Sequence record: MZ234019.1
Origin: Escherichia phage vB_EcoP-101117UKE2
Reading direction: 5' to 3' (one strand)
Length of the DNA stretch: 44,526 nucleotides
Shown: in pieces, positions 35,913-44,212 of the stretch
How positions within the stretch are numbered: the first letter of the stretch is position 1
Layout of the letters: each line of letters starts with the position of its first letter
The notes under the pieces: model-generated
What the model saw: the letters and a program-made list of their open reading frames with translations, nothing else
The model's database searches: none
What the model was told of the DNA's origin: nothing
Translations under genes and position numbers: made by a program

Positions 35913-37807
35913 TGGCTAAGGCAAGAGAATCACAAGCGGAGGCTCTTGCCAGATGGGAGATGCTACACGAGTTACAGCAGACCTTCCCTTATACGGCAGA
36001 AGGTTTGCTTCTCTTTGCTGATACAGTTATTCATAATTTAATTGCAGGTAGTCCTCATCTGATTCGTATGCAGGCAGACATCTTGAAGTTCCTATTCTAT
36101 GGGCACAAGTATCGCCTCATCGAAGCGCCCCGTGGTATCGCTAAAACTACGCTGGCAGCAATCTATACGGTGTTCCGTATCATTCATGATCCTCATAAGC
36201 GTATCATGGTTGTATCCCAAAACGCCAAGCGAGCAGAGGAAATTGCAGGTTGGGTGGTCAAAATCTTCCGAGGATTGGACTTCCTAGAGTTTATGCTGCC
36301 AGACATCTACGCTGGCGACCGTGCATCCGTTAAGGCATTCGAGATTCACTATACACTGCGTGGAAGCGACAAGTCCCCTTCTGTATCCTGCTACTCTATT
36401 GAAGCAGGTATGCAGGGTGCTCGTGCAGACATCATTCTAGCAGATGACGTTGAATCTATGCAGAATGCGCGTACCGCAGCAGGCCGTGCATTGCTTGAGG
36501 AATTGACCAAGGAGTTTGAATCTATCAACCAGTTTGGTGATATAATCTACCTTGGTACACCTCAGAACGTCAACTCAATCTATAATAACCTTCCGGCTCG
36601 TGGTTATTCTGTTCGCATCTGGACAGCTCGATACCCTTCTGTAGAGCAGGAGCAATGCTATGGTGGTTTCCTTGCACCTATGATTGTGCAAGATATGAAG
36701 GATAACCCAGCATTGCGAACAGGTTATGGTCTGGATGGCAACAGCGGCGCCCCTTGTGCACCTGAAATGTACGATGATGATGTCCTGATTGAGAAGGAAA
36801 TTTCACAGGGTGCTGCTAAGTTCCAGCTTCAGTTCATGCTTAACACTCGCATGATGGATGCTGACAGATACCCATTACGCCTAAACAATCTAATCTTCAC
36901 CTCATTTGGTACAGAGGAAGTCCCTGTGATGCCTACGTGGAGTAATGACTCCATTAACATCATTGGGGATGCACCTAAGTATGGCAACAAGCCTACAGAT
37001 TTCATGTATCGACCTGTGGCACGTCCATACGAATGGGGTGCTGTTACACGCAAGATTATGTATATTGACCCCGCTGGTGGCGGTAAGAACGGAGATGAGA
37101 CTGGTGTAGCCATCGTATTCCTGCACGGCACATTCATTTATGTGTATCAGTGCTTTGGTGTACCGGGCGGATACCGAGAATCTTCCCTGAATCGCATTGT
37201 GCAGGTCGCAAAGCAGGCAGGGGTTAAAGAGGTATTCATAGAGAAAAACTTTGGTCATGGCGCGTTTGAGGCGGTAATTAAGCCATACTTTGAACGAGAG
37301 TGGCCTGTGACACTTGAAGAGGATTACGCAACTGGTCAAAAAGAACTCCGCATCATTGAGACACTAGAGCCATTGATGACCGCGCATAGGCTCATCTTCA
37401 ATGCGGAAATGGTTAAGTCAGATTTCTCTTCAGTACAGAACTACCCGCTTGAACTGCGGATGTCTTATAGTCTGTTCCATCAAATGTCGAACATCACTAT
37501 TGAGAAGAACAGCCTCAGGCACGATGACCGCTTAGACGCTCTGTATGGCGCTGTGCGTCAATTAACTTCTCAGATAGACTATGACGAGGTTACTCGAATT
37601 AATCGCCTCAGAGCGCAGGAGATGCGCGAGTATATACAGGCGATGAACACACCTAAACTTCGTCGGGCTATGCTGTACGGAGATTATGGTGATGAGCGAA
37701 GAACAACCAACACATCACTAGCGATGCAGCAGAGGATTTACGGGCAGAATTGGAGGAACCGCTCTGGGTATAGAAATACACTTTCCTCAAGAATTTCAAG
37801 GATTTAG
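35912..37807 (+). CDS. terminase large subunit (631 aa)
   Basis: ATPase and nuclease domains by pattern, size and synteny with T7 gp19. Confidence 0.92.
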   Translation: MAKARESQAEALARWEMLHELQQTFPYTAEGLLLFADTVIHNLIAGSPHLIRMQADILKFLFYGHKYRLIEAPRGIAKTTLAAIYTVFRIIHDPHKRIMVVSQNAKRAEEIAGWVVKIFRGLDFLEFMLPDIYAGDRASVKAFEIHYTLRGSDKSPSVSCYSIEAGMQGARADIILADDVESMQNARTAAGRALLEELTKEFESINQFGDIIYLGTPQNVNSIYNNLPARGYSVRIWTARYPSVEQEQCYGGFLAPMIVQDMKDNPALRTGYGLDGNSGAPCAPEMYDDDVLIEKEISQGAAKFQLQFMLNTRMMDADRYPLRLNNLIFTSFGTEEVPVMPTWSNDSINIIGDAPKYGNKPTDFMYRPVARPYEWGAVTRKIMYIDPAGGGKNGDETGVAIVFLHGTFIYVYQCFGVPGGYRESSLNRIVQVAKQAGVKEVFIEKNFGHGAFEAVIKPYFEREWPVTLEEDYATGQKELRIIETLEPLMTAHRLIFNAEMVKSDFSSVQNYPLELRMSYSLFHQMSNITIEKNSLRHDDRLDALYGAVRQLTSQIDYDEVTRINRLRAQEMREYIQAMNTPKLRRAMLYGDYGDERRTTNTSLAMQQRIYGQNWRNRSGYRNTLSSRISRI

Positions 37808-37808
37808 T

Positions 37809-37831
37809 ATTTACTGGACACTATAGGAGGA
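37809..37831 (+). promoter_or_regulatory. phage RNAP promoter ATTTACTGGACACTATAGGAGGA with AT-rich structured leader
   Basis: Consensus match; followed by about 130-nt AT-rich leader sharing motifs with 3730-3871. Confidence 0.8.
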
Positions 37832-37965
37832 AGACCAAGAGAATAAAGGAATATTATAGGATAATATAGGATTACCTAGGTTATATAGGTATACCTTAGT
37901 ATGGGGTGTACTCCTGTACACCCTATTCCTACTTACTATTTACTTATACGTATAAGGAGTATTAG

Positions 37966-38247
37966 ATGGCTAATGATTATAGTAATCAGCCCTTAACTGG
38001 TCGCTATGACCGTAAACAGATTACACCAACTAGTGAAGCGTTAATGCTCCCTGTTGTTACAGAGGAGTCTATTAAGAAGAAAGCCAATGTTATCAATGAT
38101 GCAACCAAATCTGGTAAACAGAAAGCAGCAATGGTGTGTCGTCCTGTAGGTGGCACTCTTGAGATTGCCATTGCTACTGGCAGCAAAGAGGATGCAGATT
38201 GGTTGTCTGTTAAAATGGATGGCGTTGGTCTTATTACACCGGCTTAA
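37966..38247 (+). CDS. hypothetical protein, tandem paralog 1 of 3 (93 aa)
   Basis: AAGGAG RBS; shared motif SGKQKAAMV...IAIATGSKEDADW. Confidence 0.65.
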   Translation: MANDYSNQPLTGRYDRKQITPTSEALMLPVVTEESIKKKANVINDATKSGKQKAAMVCRPVGGTLEIAIATGSKEDADWLSVKMDGVGLITPA

Positions 38248-38264
38248 TAAAAGGAGAAGATAAT

Positions 38265-38552
38265 ATGTCTAAGTATGGCGATGCAGGTACTACTACTGGT
38301 CAGGCTTTTCGTGTAAAAGCAGTACAAACTATTGCAACTGCAATCCCTATGCCTATCGTGGCAGAAGTTGACCTTAAAAAGAAAGATCATCCAATTAATA
38401 TTGAACACCTATCTGGTAAGCAGAAAGGTGCTATGGTGGTTGTAGATAAAGGAGATAATAGCCTTTATATTGCTATTGCACGTGGTTCTGCACCAACTGA
38501 CCAGTGGGATGTAACTACTATGGAAGCTGTACCTGTAACACCAGGAGCTTAA
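38265..38552 (+). CDS. hypothetical protein, tandem paralog 2 of 3 (95 aa)
   Basis: AAGGAG RBS; shared motif SGKQKGAMV...IAIARGSAPTDQW. Confidence 0.65.
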   Translation: MSKYGDAGTTTGQAFRVKAVQTIATAIPMPIVAEVDLKKKDHPINIEHLSGKQKGAMVVVDKGDNSLYIAIARGSAPTDQWDVTTMEAVPVTPGA

Positions 38553-38553
38553 T

Positions 38554-39243
38554 ATGCTGGGAGTAACAGGACAACGCAATAAGAATGTAGCCACCAAAGT
38601 AGTGGCTGATTTAGCTACTGCTGCTACTGTCGAGGGATTACGAGACACACATAGCTCTATTAACCGTGCTGACCTTTCTGGTAAACAAGAAGGTTCCGCT
38701 GTTATTGTTAAGAAAGAAGATGGGAATTATTCTATCTTTGTAGCAACAGGAAGCAAGCCGACTGATGTGTGGAAAGAGTTGTCTCCAACAATACCAGAGC
38801 AAGAGATGCCTGCTGAATATATTGATATGATTGATGTTCAAATTCATCAAGATTCTGCAAGCAACTTACGTATAGACTCTTCTCGCACTAGTTTAATACA
38901 AACACCAATGTGGGATACTGAAGGTGAGTTGTTATTCCGTAATACACTAAGTGCAACATGTTCTTGTACTATTCTTGTTGATGGTGCGTCTGGTGTTCGT
39001 CAGGATTTTACTTTTAAGATTAATGGACTTTTAGAGCAGGAAGAGCAGTATTATGATATTGACACACTTATGTGCTCTATTCACTCTGCAACAACAACTA
39101 ATGGCCTTACCTTGTGTATGCCAGATGCTAAAAGTGCAAAGACTAATAAAGTGGTAGTTAAGATCGACACTATGCAGTCATTAGCTATGAGCTTTGATCT
39201 TAACTTCCTTGTAGAATGGACGTCACCAACGAGGTTACTATAA
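38554..39243 (+). CDS. hypothetical protein, tandem paralog 3 of 3 with extra C-terminal domain (229 aa)
   Basis: AGGAG RBS; shared motif SGKQEGSAVIV...IFVATGSKPTDVW. Confidence 0.65.
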   Translation: MLGVTGQRNKNVATKVVADLATAATVEGLRDTHSSINRADLSGKQEGSAVIVKKEDGNYSIFVATGSKPTDVWKELSPTIPEQEMPAEYIDMIDVQIHQDSASNLRIDSSRTSLIQTPMWDTEGELLFRNTLSATCSCTILVDGASGVRQDFTFKINGLLEQEEQYYDIDTLMCSIHSATTTNGLTLCMPDAKSAKTNKVVVKIDTMQSLAMSFDLNFLVEWTSPTRLL

Positions 39244-39587
39244 TGCTAAATCAATACTTCAAGCGTAAAGAATTTGCTTGCCGTTGTGGGTGCGGTACAT
39301 CCACTGTTGATGCTGAATTACTACAGGTAGTCACAGATGTGCGTGAGCACTTTGGTTCCCCTGTAGTTATCACTTCGGGGCATCGCTGTGCTAAGCACAA
39401 TGCTAATGTAGGAGGAGCTAAGAACTCCATGCATCTTACTGGTAAGGCTGCTGACATTAAGGTACGAGGCATCTTACCTTCTGATGTACATAAGTATCTT
39501 ACTGATAAGTACCAAGGCAAGTATGGTATTGGTAAATATACCTCCTTTACTCATATTGATGTACGTGACGGGTGTGCACGATGGTAG
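39243..39587 (+). CDS. endolysin, peptidase M15 family zinc peptidase (114 aa)
   Basis: FKRKEFACRCGCG and SGHRC..HN..VGG..S.H..GKAADI signature; ATG overlaps upstream stop (TAATG). Confidence 0.8.
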   Translation: MLNQYFKRKEFACRCGCGTSTVDAELLQVVTDVREHFGSPVVITSGHRCAKHNANVGGAKNSMHLTGKAADIKVRGILPSDVHKYLTDKYQGKYGIGKYTSFTHIDVRDGCARW

Positions 39588-39695
39588 GTTGTGTTGCATG
39601 GTGTGAACGCATGGTTGCTAAGGCTTCAGAGGAAGGTAACTATGAAGATTGGCAGAACTATTCAACTTTATTAGCTCAATGGAAAGGGAGATGCA

Positions 39696-39845
39696 ATGAA
39701 AAAGCTGTTCAAGTCTAAGAAGGTTGTAGGTGCACTAGTTGCATTGGCAATTGCTCTTGTTTCTGTAGGTCTTGGTGTAGACCTTGGCTCTGGCACGGAA
39801 TCCTCTGTGACAGATGTGGTCTGCCAAGTGATCACCTGTGAATAA
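39696..39845 (+). CDS. small membrane protein (49 aa), lysis-associated candidate
   Basis: GGGAG RBS; N-terminal basic plus hydrophobic segment. Confidence 0.4.
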   Translation: MKKLFKSKKVVGALVALAIALVSVGLGVDLGSGTESSVTDVVCQVITCE

Positions 39846-40059
39846 GTTTCTAGAAGTGCTGGCAGGTCTTATTGGCCTGCTTGTCTCTGCTAAGAAGAAA
39901 CAAGAAGAGAAGGAGGCACAAAGTGAAGCGAATCATGTTAGCGATGACCCTGCTGGTTGGTTCGCTGATCACTTCCGGGTGTCAGCAGGCGCTACCAGAG
40001 AAGAAGGGTGTGAAGCCGCTGAAGCCGACGCTGACGGCAGTTTACGAAGTGGACGATAA
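39838..40059 (+). CDS. i-spanin-like protein (putative)
   Basis: GTG start coupled to upstream stop; N-terminal TM segment FLEVLAGLIGLLVSA then charged region; contains o-spanin candidate in another frame. Confidence 0.35.
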   Translation: MNKFLEVLAGLIGLLVSAKKKQEEKEAQSEANHVSDDPAGWFADHFRVSAGATREEGCEAAEADADGSLRSGR

Positions 40060-40132
40060 GGTCTGCTTCAGTAAGCCTGACGCTACACAATTAGGTTTGT
40101 ATATTCTTTCGCTAGAACGCGGGTATAATTAA
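39923..40132 (+). CDS. o-spanin-like outer-membrane lipoprotein (putative)
   Basis: GTG 39923 with AGGAGG RBS; signal peptide KRIMLAMTLLVGSLITSGC with lipobox-like TSGC, Pro-rich mature region. Confidence 0.5.
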   Translation: MKRIMLAMTLLVGSLITSGCQQALPEKKGVKPLKPTLTAVYEVDDKVCFSKPDATQLGLYILSLERGYN

Positions 40133-40161
40133 TACATATCTTTATGTATCAATGTCCTACG

Positions 40162-40184
40162 ATTTACTGGACACTATAGAAGGA
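40162..40184 (+). promoter_or_regulatory. phage RNAP promoter ATTTACTGGACACTATAGAAGGA upstream of tailspike
   Basis: Consensus match. Confidence 0.85.
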
Positions 40185-40261
40185 TAGATAGTGCCGTTCA
40201 TTTGAGCGGCCTATTACTAGCCAATCTTCATAGGGAGGGTTGGGAAGTAATAGGAGAATTT

Positions 40262-41785
40262 ATGGCTAAACTAACGAGAGTCACTGACTGGCTTGTTAAG
40301 GTGAAGTCTAGACTCACTGGTGCAGTAGAGCGACTGCTTGAAGATAAGTTAAATGACACGGTTAGTGTTAAGGACTTCGGTGCTAAGGGTGACGGTGTGA
40401 CAGACGACACACAAGCATTTGCTGCCGCCTCAGCCGCATCGCCTCAAGGTGTTTATGTGCCTGACGGAACATATTTATTACCAGAAGATATTAATGGCAG
40501 GTTCTATGGTTCTGGTAAACGCATCAAGGCTGTAGGTGATGGTGGTATTCCTTTTACCAATGTAGCTCAGTCACATAGTAACCTAATATTAGGATATGAT
40601 GCTGCAAAGGATTACACGGACGAAGGGAAAGGCAACCAATTAGTATTACTTGGCCCAAGCTCCGGTCGTAACCTTACCACTGGTACTAACTCCATTGTGG
40701 TAGGTGTTGGTGGCCTATCGGGTGATACATTAGAAGATGCACTAACAGATAAATCACCTTTCACTGGTACAGAGATTATTAGCATTGGTATCAATGCTCT
40801 TAAGAAAACTACCACTGGCAACAACATGATTGGTATTGGTCGTGATGCCTTGAACGAGTGTAAAGATGGAAGATTTAACGTAGCTGTAGGTATGTCTGCT
40901 TTGCAGCAGCTACACTCTGGTGAGGCTAACGTAGCAATAGGGCGTTCAGCCGGTATGCGTACTGGCATCTTCACTAACGAAGAGGGTGTACGATTAGGCT
41001 ATACAAAATGTAGCGGTAATACCTTAATAGGTAACGCGGCTGGTCGTGAATTGAAGTCAGGTAATCATAACACCGCCGTAGGCAATGGTGCTATGCGAGG
41101 TGTCAGTTCTGATATTAATCCATATACTGGCACTCTAGAGGGTAATTTTAATACAGCTATTGGTGTTGATACATTAAACTCCTTAGCATCTGGTGAGTTG
41201 AACACCATGATTGGCGCAAGGGCTGGACGTAAATTACCTAGTGGCTCTGGTAACATCTTCATAGGTGCGGATGCAGGTGCAGGTATTAACGTTGAAAAGT
41301 CTAACACTCTCATTATTAACAACCACACTGGCTTACCTTTCGTAGAAGGTATTATGGGTGGTGCTCAGAGTGGGAATAACTACTTACGTGTTGATGGCAG
41401 TGTAGCACCTCAGATTGATAACACAAGAACTTGTGGTCAGTCTAGCCGTAGATGGCAGACTGTCTTTGCTACCAATGGTGTTATCCAGACATCGGATGGA
41501 CGATGCAAGGATGTCTACGATATTGCCAAGAAGGAGTACATGGCTGGTCTAGAGTTAGCCTCTAGTATGATTAAGTTCAAATGGACAGATACTGAAGAAG
41601 ATAAGTATCACTTCGGTTGTCTGGCACAAGAGGTCATGCTGATTATGGAGAAACATGGGTTAAACCCTCTGGATTATTCCCTCGTTACCTATGATGCTGA
41701 AGCAGATATGTATGGTGTTAACTATGCAGAATTGTCTTGCTTCTGTATCGCAGCAATGTCCAATCATGTACTAGGCAGTGCGTAA
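40262..41785 (+). CDS. tailspike with beta-helix depolymerase-like domain and C-terminal chaperone-like domain
   Basis: VKDFGAKGDGVTDDTQAF motif; repeated N-x-A-x-G units; C-terminal SDGRCKD...YHFGCLAQEV...EKHGL; ATG 40262 with AGGAG RBS. Confidence 0.85.
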   Translation: MAKLTRVTDWLVKVKSRLTGAVERLLEDKLNDTVSVKDFGAKGDGVTDDTQAFAAASAASPQGVYVPDGTYLLPEDINGRFYGSGKRIKAVGDGGIPFTNVAQSHSNLILGYDAAKDYTDEGKGNQLVLLGPSSGRNLTTGTNSIVVGVGGLSGDTLEDALTDKSPFTGTEIISIGINALKKTTTGNNMIGIGRDALNECKDGRFNVAVGMSALQQLHSGEANVAIGRSAGMRTGIFTNEEGVRLGYTKCSGNTLIGNAAGRELKSGNHNTAVGNGAMRGVSSDINPYTGTLEGNFNTAIGVDTLNSLASGELNTMIGARAGRKLPSGSGNIFIGADAGAGINVEKSNTLIINNHTGLPFVEGIMGGAQSGNNYLRVDGSVAPQIDNTRTCGQSSRRWQTVFATNGVIQTSDGRCKDVYDIAKKEYMAGLELASSMIKFKWTDTEEDKYHFGCLAQEVMLIMEKHGLNPLDYSLVTYDAEADMYGVNYAELSCFCIAAMSNHVLGSA

Positions 41786-41799
41786 GCACTGCTTTTCTC
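41773..41799 (+). terminator. intrinsic terminator spanning tailspike stop codon
   Basis: Stem GCAGTGC/GCACTGC, GTAA loop, then TTTTCTC. Confidence 0.6.
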
Positions 41800-41865
41800 G
41801 CAACTTCCCTTGAAGCAATCTAGCGATACCTTCAAGGGAATAGCTCAAGAAAGCAAGGAGGTTTG

Positions 41866-42015
41866 ATGCCGTTAATCAAATCGGTTAAGCAAAGTGCTGT
41901 ACGCCAGAACACAGAAGAACTTATTCAATCAGGACGTGACCCTAAGCAGGCCTATGCCATTGCCAAGGATGTACAGCGTCGTGCCATGAAGAAACCTTCT
42001 GCATCTTCTGCGTAA
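41866..42015 (+). CDS. small basic hypothetical protein (49 aa), last gene before genome end
   Basis: ATG with AAGGAGG RBS. Confidence 0.35.
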   Translation: MPLIKSVKQSAVRQNTEELIQSGRDPKQAYAIAKDVQRRAMKKPSASSA

Positions 42016-42127
42016 GCAGGTTAATATCTTAGTGTACACAAGGGCAGACTTAGGTTTGCTCTTAGTGTATTCACAAGGATGATCACAAAGTAACCAAGTC
42101 AAAATTTTGATGTAGGCGTGTGTCAGC

Positions 42128-42300
42128 TCTCTCGCCCTCGCCCTCGCCGGGTTGTCCCCATAGGGTGGCCTGAGGGAATCCGTCTTCGACGGGCAGGGCT
42201 GATGTACTCCTTGTACTAGCTTAGTAGTACACAAGGGCTGGCCTTTTGTTTTGCCGTGTACTAGCAAGGTGGAACGCTGGAGAGCGCCTAGGACGGCCTA
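42128..42300. other. probable physical genome terminus and terminal-repeat region
   Basis: TCTCTCGCCCTCGCCCTCGCCGGGTTGTCCCCATAGGGTGG resembles the recalled T7 left-end sequence; lies between last late gene and early promoters. Confidence 0.5.
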
Positions 42301-42386
42301 GGGATGGGCTTAGTGGTGGACAAGGTGATTGCCTTAGTGAAGCCGCTTAGTGCATTCCTGAGGCCATTCAGGGCGTTTATGAGGTA

Positions 42387-42416
42387 TTGACAGGGTGGGC
42401 GGGCGTGGGCTATCTG
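42387..42416 (+). promoter_or_regulatory. candidate host sigma70 early promoter
   Basis: -35 TTGACA at 42387; weak -10 TATCTG after 18-bp GC-rich spacer. Confidence 0.3.
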
Positions 42417-42790
42417 TTCGTTTCGCTAACGCTCCACTCACAAGCCTGACGTGTACCTTAGTTATTACCTTAGGTTATTCCTTGATGGATAGCTTAGGTT
42501 AACCTGAGTGGATTACCTTAGTTAAAGCCTTAGTGCTTAGCTTAGTATCAGCTTAGTAGTGTACCTTAGTCAGACTTAGTGTCTTCTCTTAGTGATTGCA
42601 CATGCAAGCATGTAAGATGCCATTAGGTCGCGGTCGGTAGACCGCTAAGAAGAAATAATAGTAATAAGATGCAGTAGGAGGAACACCAGAAACCTGGCCA
42701 ACCTAGCCTATCCTAGCTCTGTATCTATTGCTTTTCCTTAGTCTAACACGTTAGACAACCTATCTTATTCTTAGTGATGGTAACTTAGTG

Positions 42791-42820
42791 TTGACAAGAT
42801 AATCTTAGTGTAATACTATG
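42791..42820 (+). promoter_or_regulatory. candidate host sigma70 early promoter
   Basis: -35 TTGACA at 42791, 17-bp spacer, -10 TACTAT. Confidence 0.5.
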
Positions 42821-42962
42821 CATCACGTAGGCGGTGCTGAGGCACCTAGTAGCCAGCTAGTAAGGCATACGAAGAGACTAGTGCCTACATTGTTCTTTAA
42901 CAATTTGCTTAGTGTAACCTATGTATGCCGTGGTTAATTACTTATTGAATGAGGGATTAACT

Positions 42963-43142
42963 ATGACATTAAACAACCGTGAACTGTCCGTTCTCTTCAC
43001 TATGTTGTGCTACATGATTCGTAACAACGAATTACTTACAGACGATGAGTTAGCCTTGTATCACCGCTTTCTTAACGAAGGTTGGACTGATACAGTTAAT
43101 CAATACCGTAACATGATAGATGAGTTGAGGGAGGGTAAATAA
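42963..43142 (+). CDS. early hypothetical protein (59 aa)
   Basis: ATG 42963 with GAGGG RBS (track start 42921 lacks RBS); stop overlaps next start (TAATG). Confidence 0.55.
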   Translation: MTLNNRELSVLFTMLCYMIRNNELLTDDELALYHRFLNEGWTDTVNQYRNMIDELREGK

Positions 43143-43366
43143 TGTATCAACATGAGGTATTCTTTGAATCAGCTAGCGAAGCTATTCGCTTCCGTGATGA
43201 TATGATGCAAGCTGGTGTAGGCGTTGATGTGTATCACTATTTGATAGATTACGACACTGAATATCACCGAGTTACCTTAGTATCTGAGTATGACAACCAA
43301 GTCATTACTGAGTATCTAGGTAGTGAAGATTATGATTACGATGAAGTAATCACGACAAATCTCTAA
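43142..43366 (+). CDS. early, strongly acidic protein (74 aa); candidate DNA-mimic or anti-defence protein
   Basis: GAGGG RBS; Asp/Glu/Tyr-rich composition; leading-end position next to ocr. Confidence 0.6.
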   Translation: MYQHEVFFESASEAIRFRDDMMQAGVGVDVYHYLIDYDTEYHRVTLVSEYDNQVITEYLGSEDYDYDEVITTNL

Positions 43367-43374
43367 ATTAACTA

Positions 43375-43404
43375 TTGACAGCCACGGCATACAAGGTTAC
43401 ATTA
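43375..43404 (+). promoter_or_regulatory. candidate host sigma70 promoter
   Basis: -35 TTGACA at 43375, 17-bp spacer, -10 TACATT. Confidence 0.4.
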
Positions 43405-43480
43405 AGCACATAGCCGATAGGCAACGCTCTTTAACAATCTGGTTTGTGTCTTGATAGGCTAACTAACTAAGGTAATTATT

Positions 43481-43591
43481 ATGAAAGGTTTAATTTGTGT
43501 AGAACGTATGGTCAATGGTAAACTTGAAATATTACCACTGGAAAACCAATCTAGCTTCAAAGAGTGGTATGGCTGTTTCTCACTGATTTAA
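43481..43591 (+). CDS. small hypothetical protein (36 aa)
   Basis: ATG preceded by AACTAACTAAGG; weak support. Confidence 0.25.
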   Translation: MKGLICVERMVNGKLEILPLENQSSFKEWYGCFSLI

Positions 43592-43742
43592 GGTAAAGGC
43601 TGGCACTAGTCAGCCTATCAAGGCGCAAACCAAGCTCTTTAACAATTTGGATGGTAGCTTCTTAGTCTGGATAGGTTAAACCTAGGAGATTCTCTTGAGT
43701 CTCCTATAATGTAACCTAACTAACTAAATGAGGATTAATAAC

Positions 43743-44096
43743 ATGGCTATGTCTAATATGACTTACTCTCAGGTTTACAACACCGCTCATGCTGCATTAG
43801 TTGAACGTATCTGGAATGATGCTATTGATTGTATCGATAACGCACATGATGCAATCCATGAGGTAGCGGACAGTGCTGTACCAATCTATTATGCTGACAT
43901 CTTCTCAGTGATGGCGAGTGAAGGTATTGATCACTTCTTCGAAGACTCCGGCCTGATGCCAGATACTAAGGATGTAACGGTCGTACTACAAGCCCGTATC
44001 TATGAACAACTCACCATTGATTTATGGGAACGTGTTCAAGATATGATTGTTGCGTACACCACTTACGCTGATTATTCAGAAGAAGAGGAAGAATAA
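43743..44096 (+). CDS. ocr: Ocr-like anti-restriction DNA-mimic protein (117 aa)
   Basis: MAMSNMTY start and [52 protein letters not shown] match recalled T7 gp0.3; acidic C-terminus; GAGG RBS. Confidence 0.9.
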   Translation: MAMSNMTYSQVYNTAHAALVERIWNDAIDCIDNAHDAIHEVADSAVPIYYADIFSVMASEGIDHFFEDSGLMPDTKDVTVVLQARIYEQLTIDLWERVQDMIVAYTTYADYSEEEEE

Positions 44097-44098
44097 GG

Positions 44099-44212
44099 AT
44101 GGAAAAGCAATATAACTTTATCTTTTCAGACGGTGTGACCCTGAAGTGTTCCCTGCGTTTCGCGCAGATTCGCGAGGAAGTGCTAGGAACTACATACAAA
44201 CTATTTAGCTGA
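44099..44212 (+). CDS. small hypothetical protein (37 aa)
   Basis: ATG just after ocr stop; overlaps downstream promoter; weak. Confidence 0.25.
   Translation: MEKQYNFIFSDGVTLKCSLRFAQIREEVLGTTYKLFS

Larger units (their letters stand above)
42300..42920. repeat. dispersed array of about 19 copies of short motif CTTAGT(G) in non-coding left-end region
   Basis: Repeated CCTTAGT, GCTTAGT, CTTAGTG visible throughout; analogous to short repeat arrays near T7 genome ends. Confidence 0.8.

Noticed and set aside
42596-42618. Possible sigma70 promoter TTGCAC ... TAAGAT in the left-end region
   Set aside because: The spacer between the candidate -35 and -10 hexamers is only about 11 bp.
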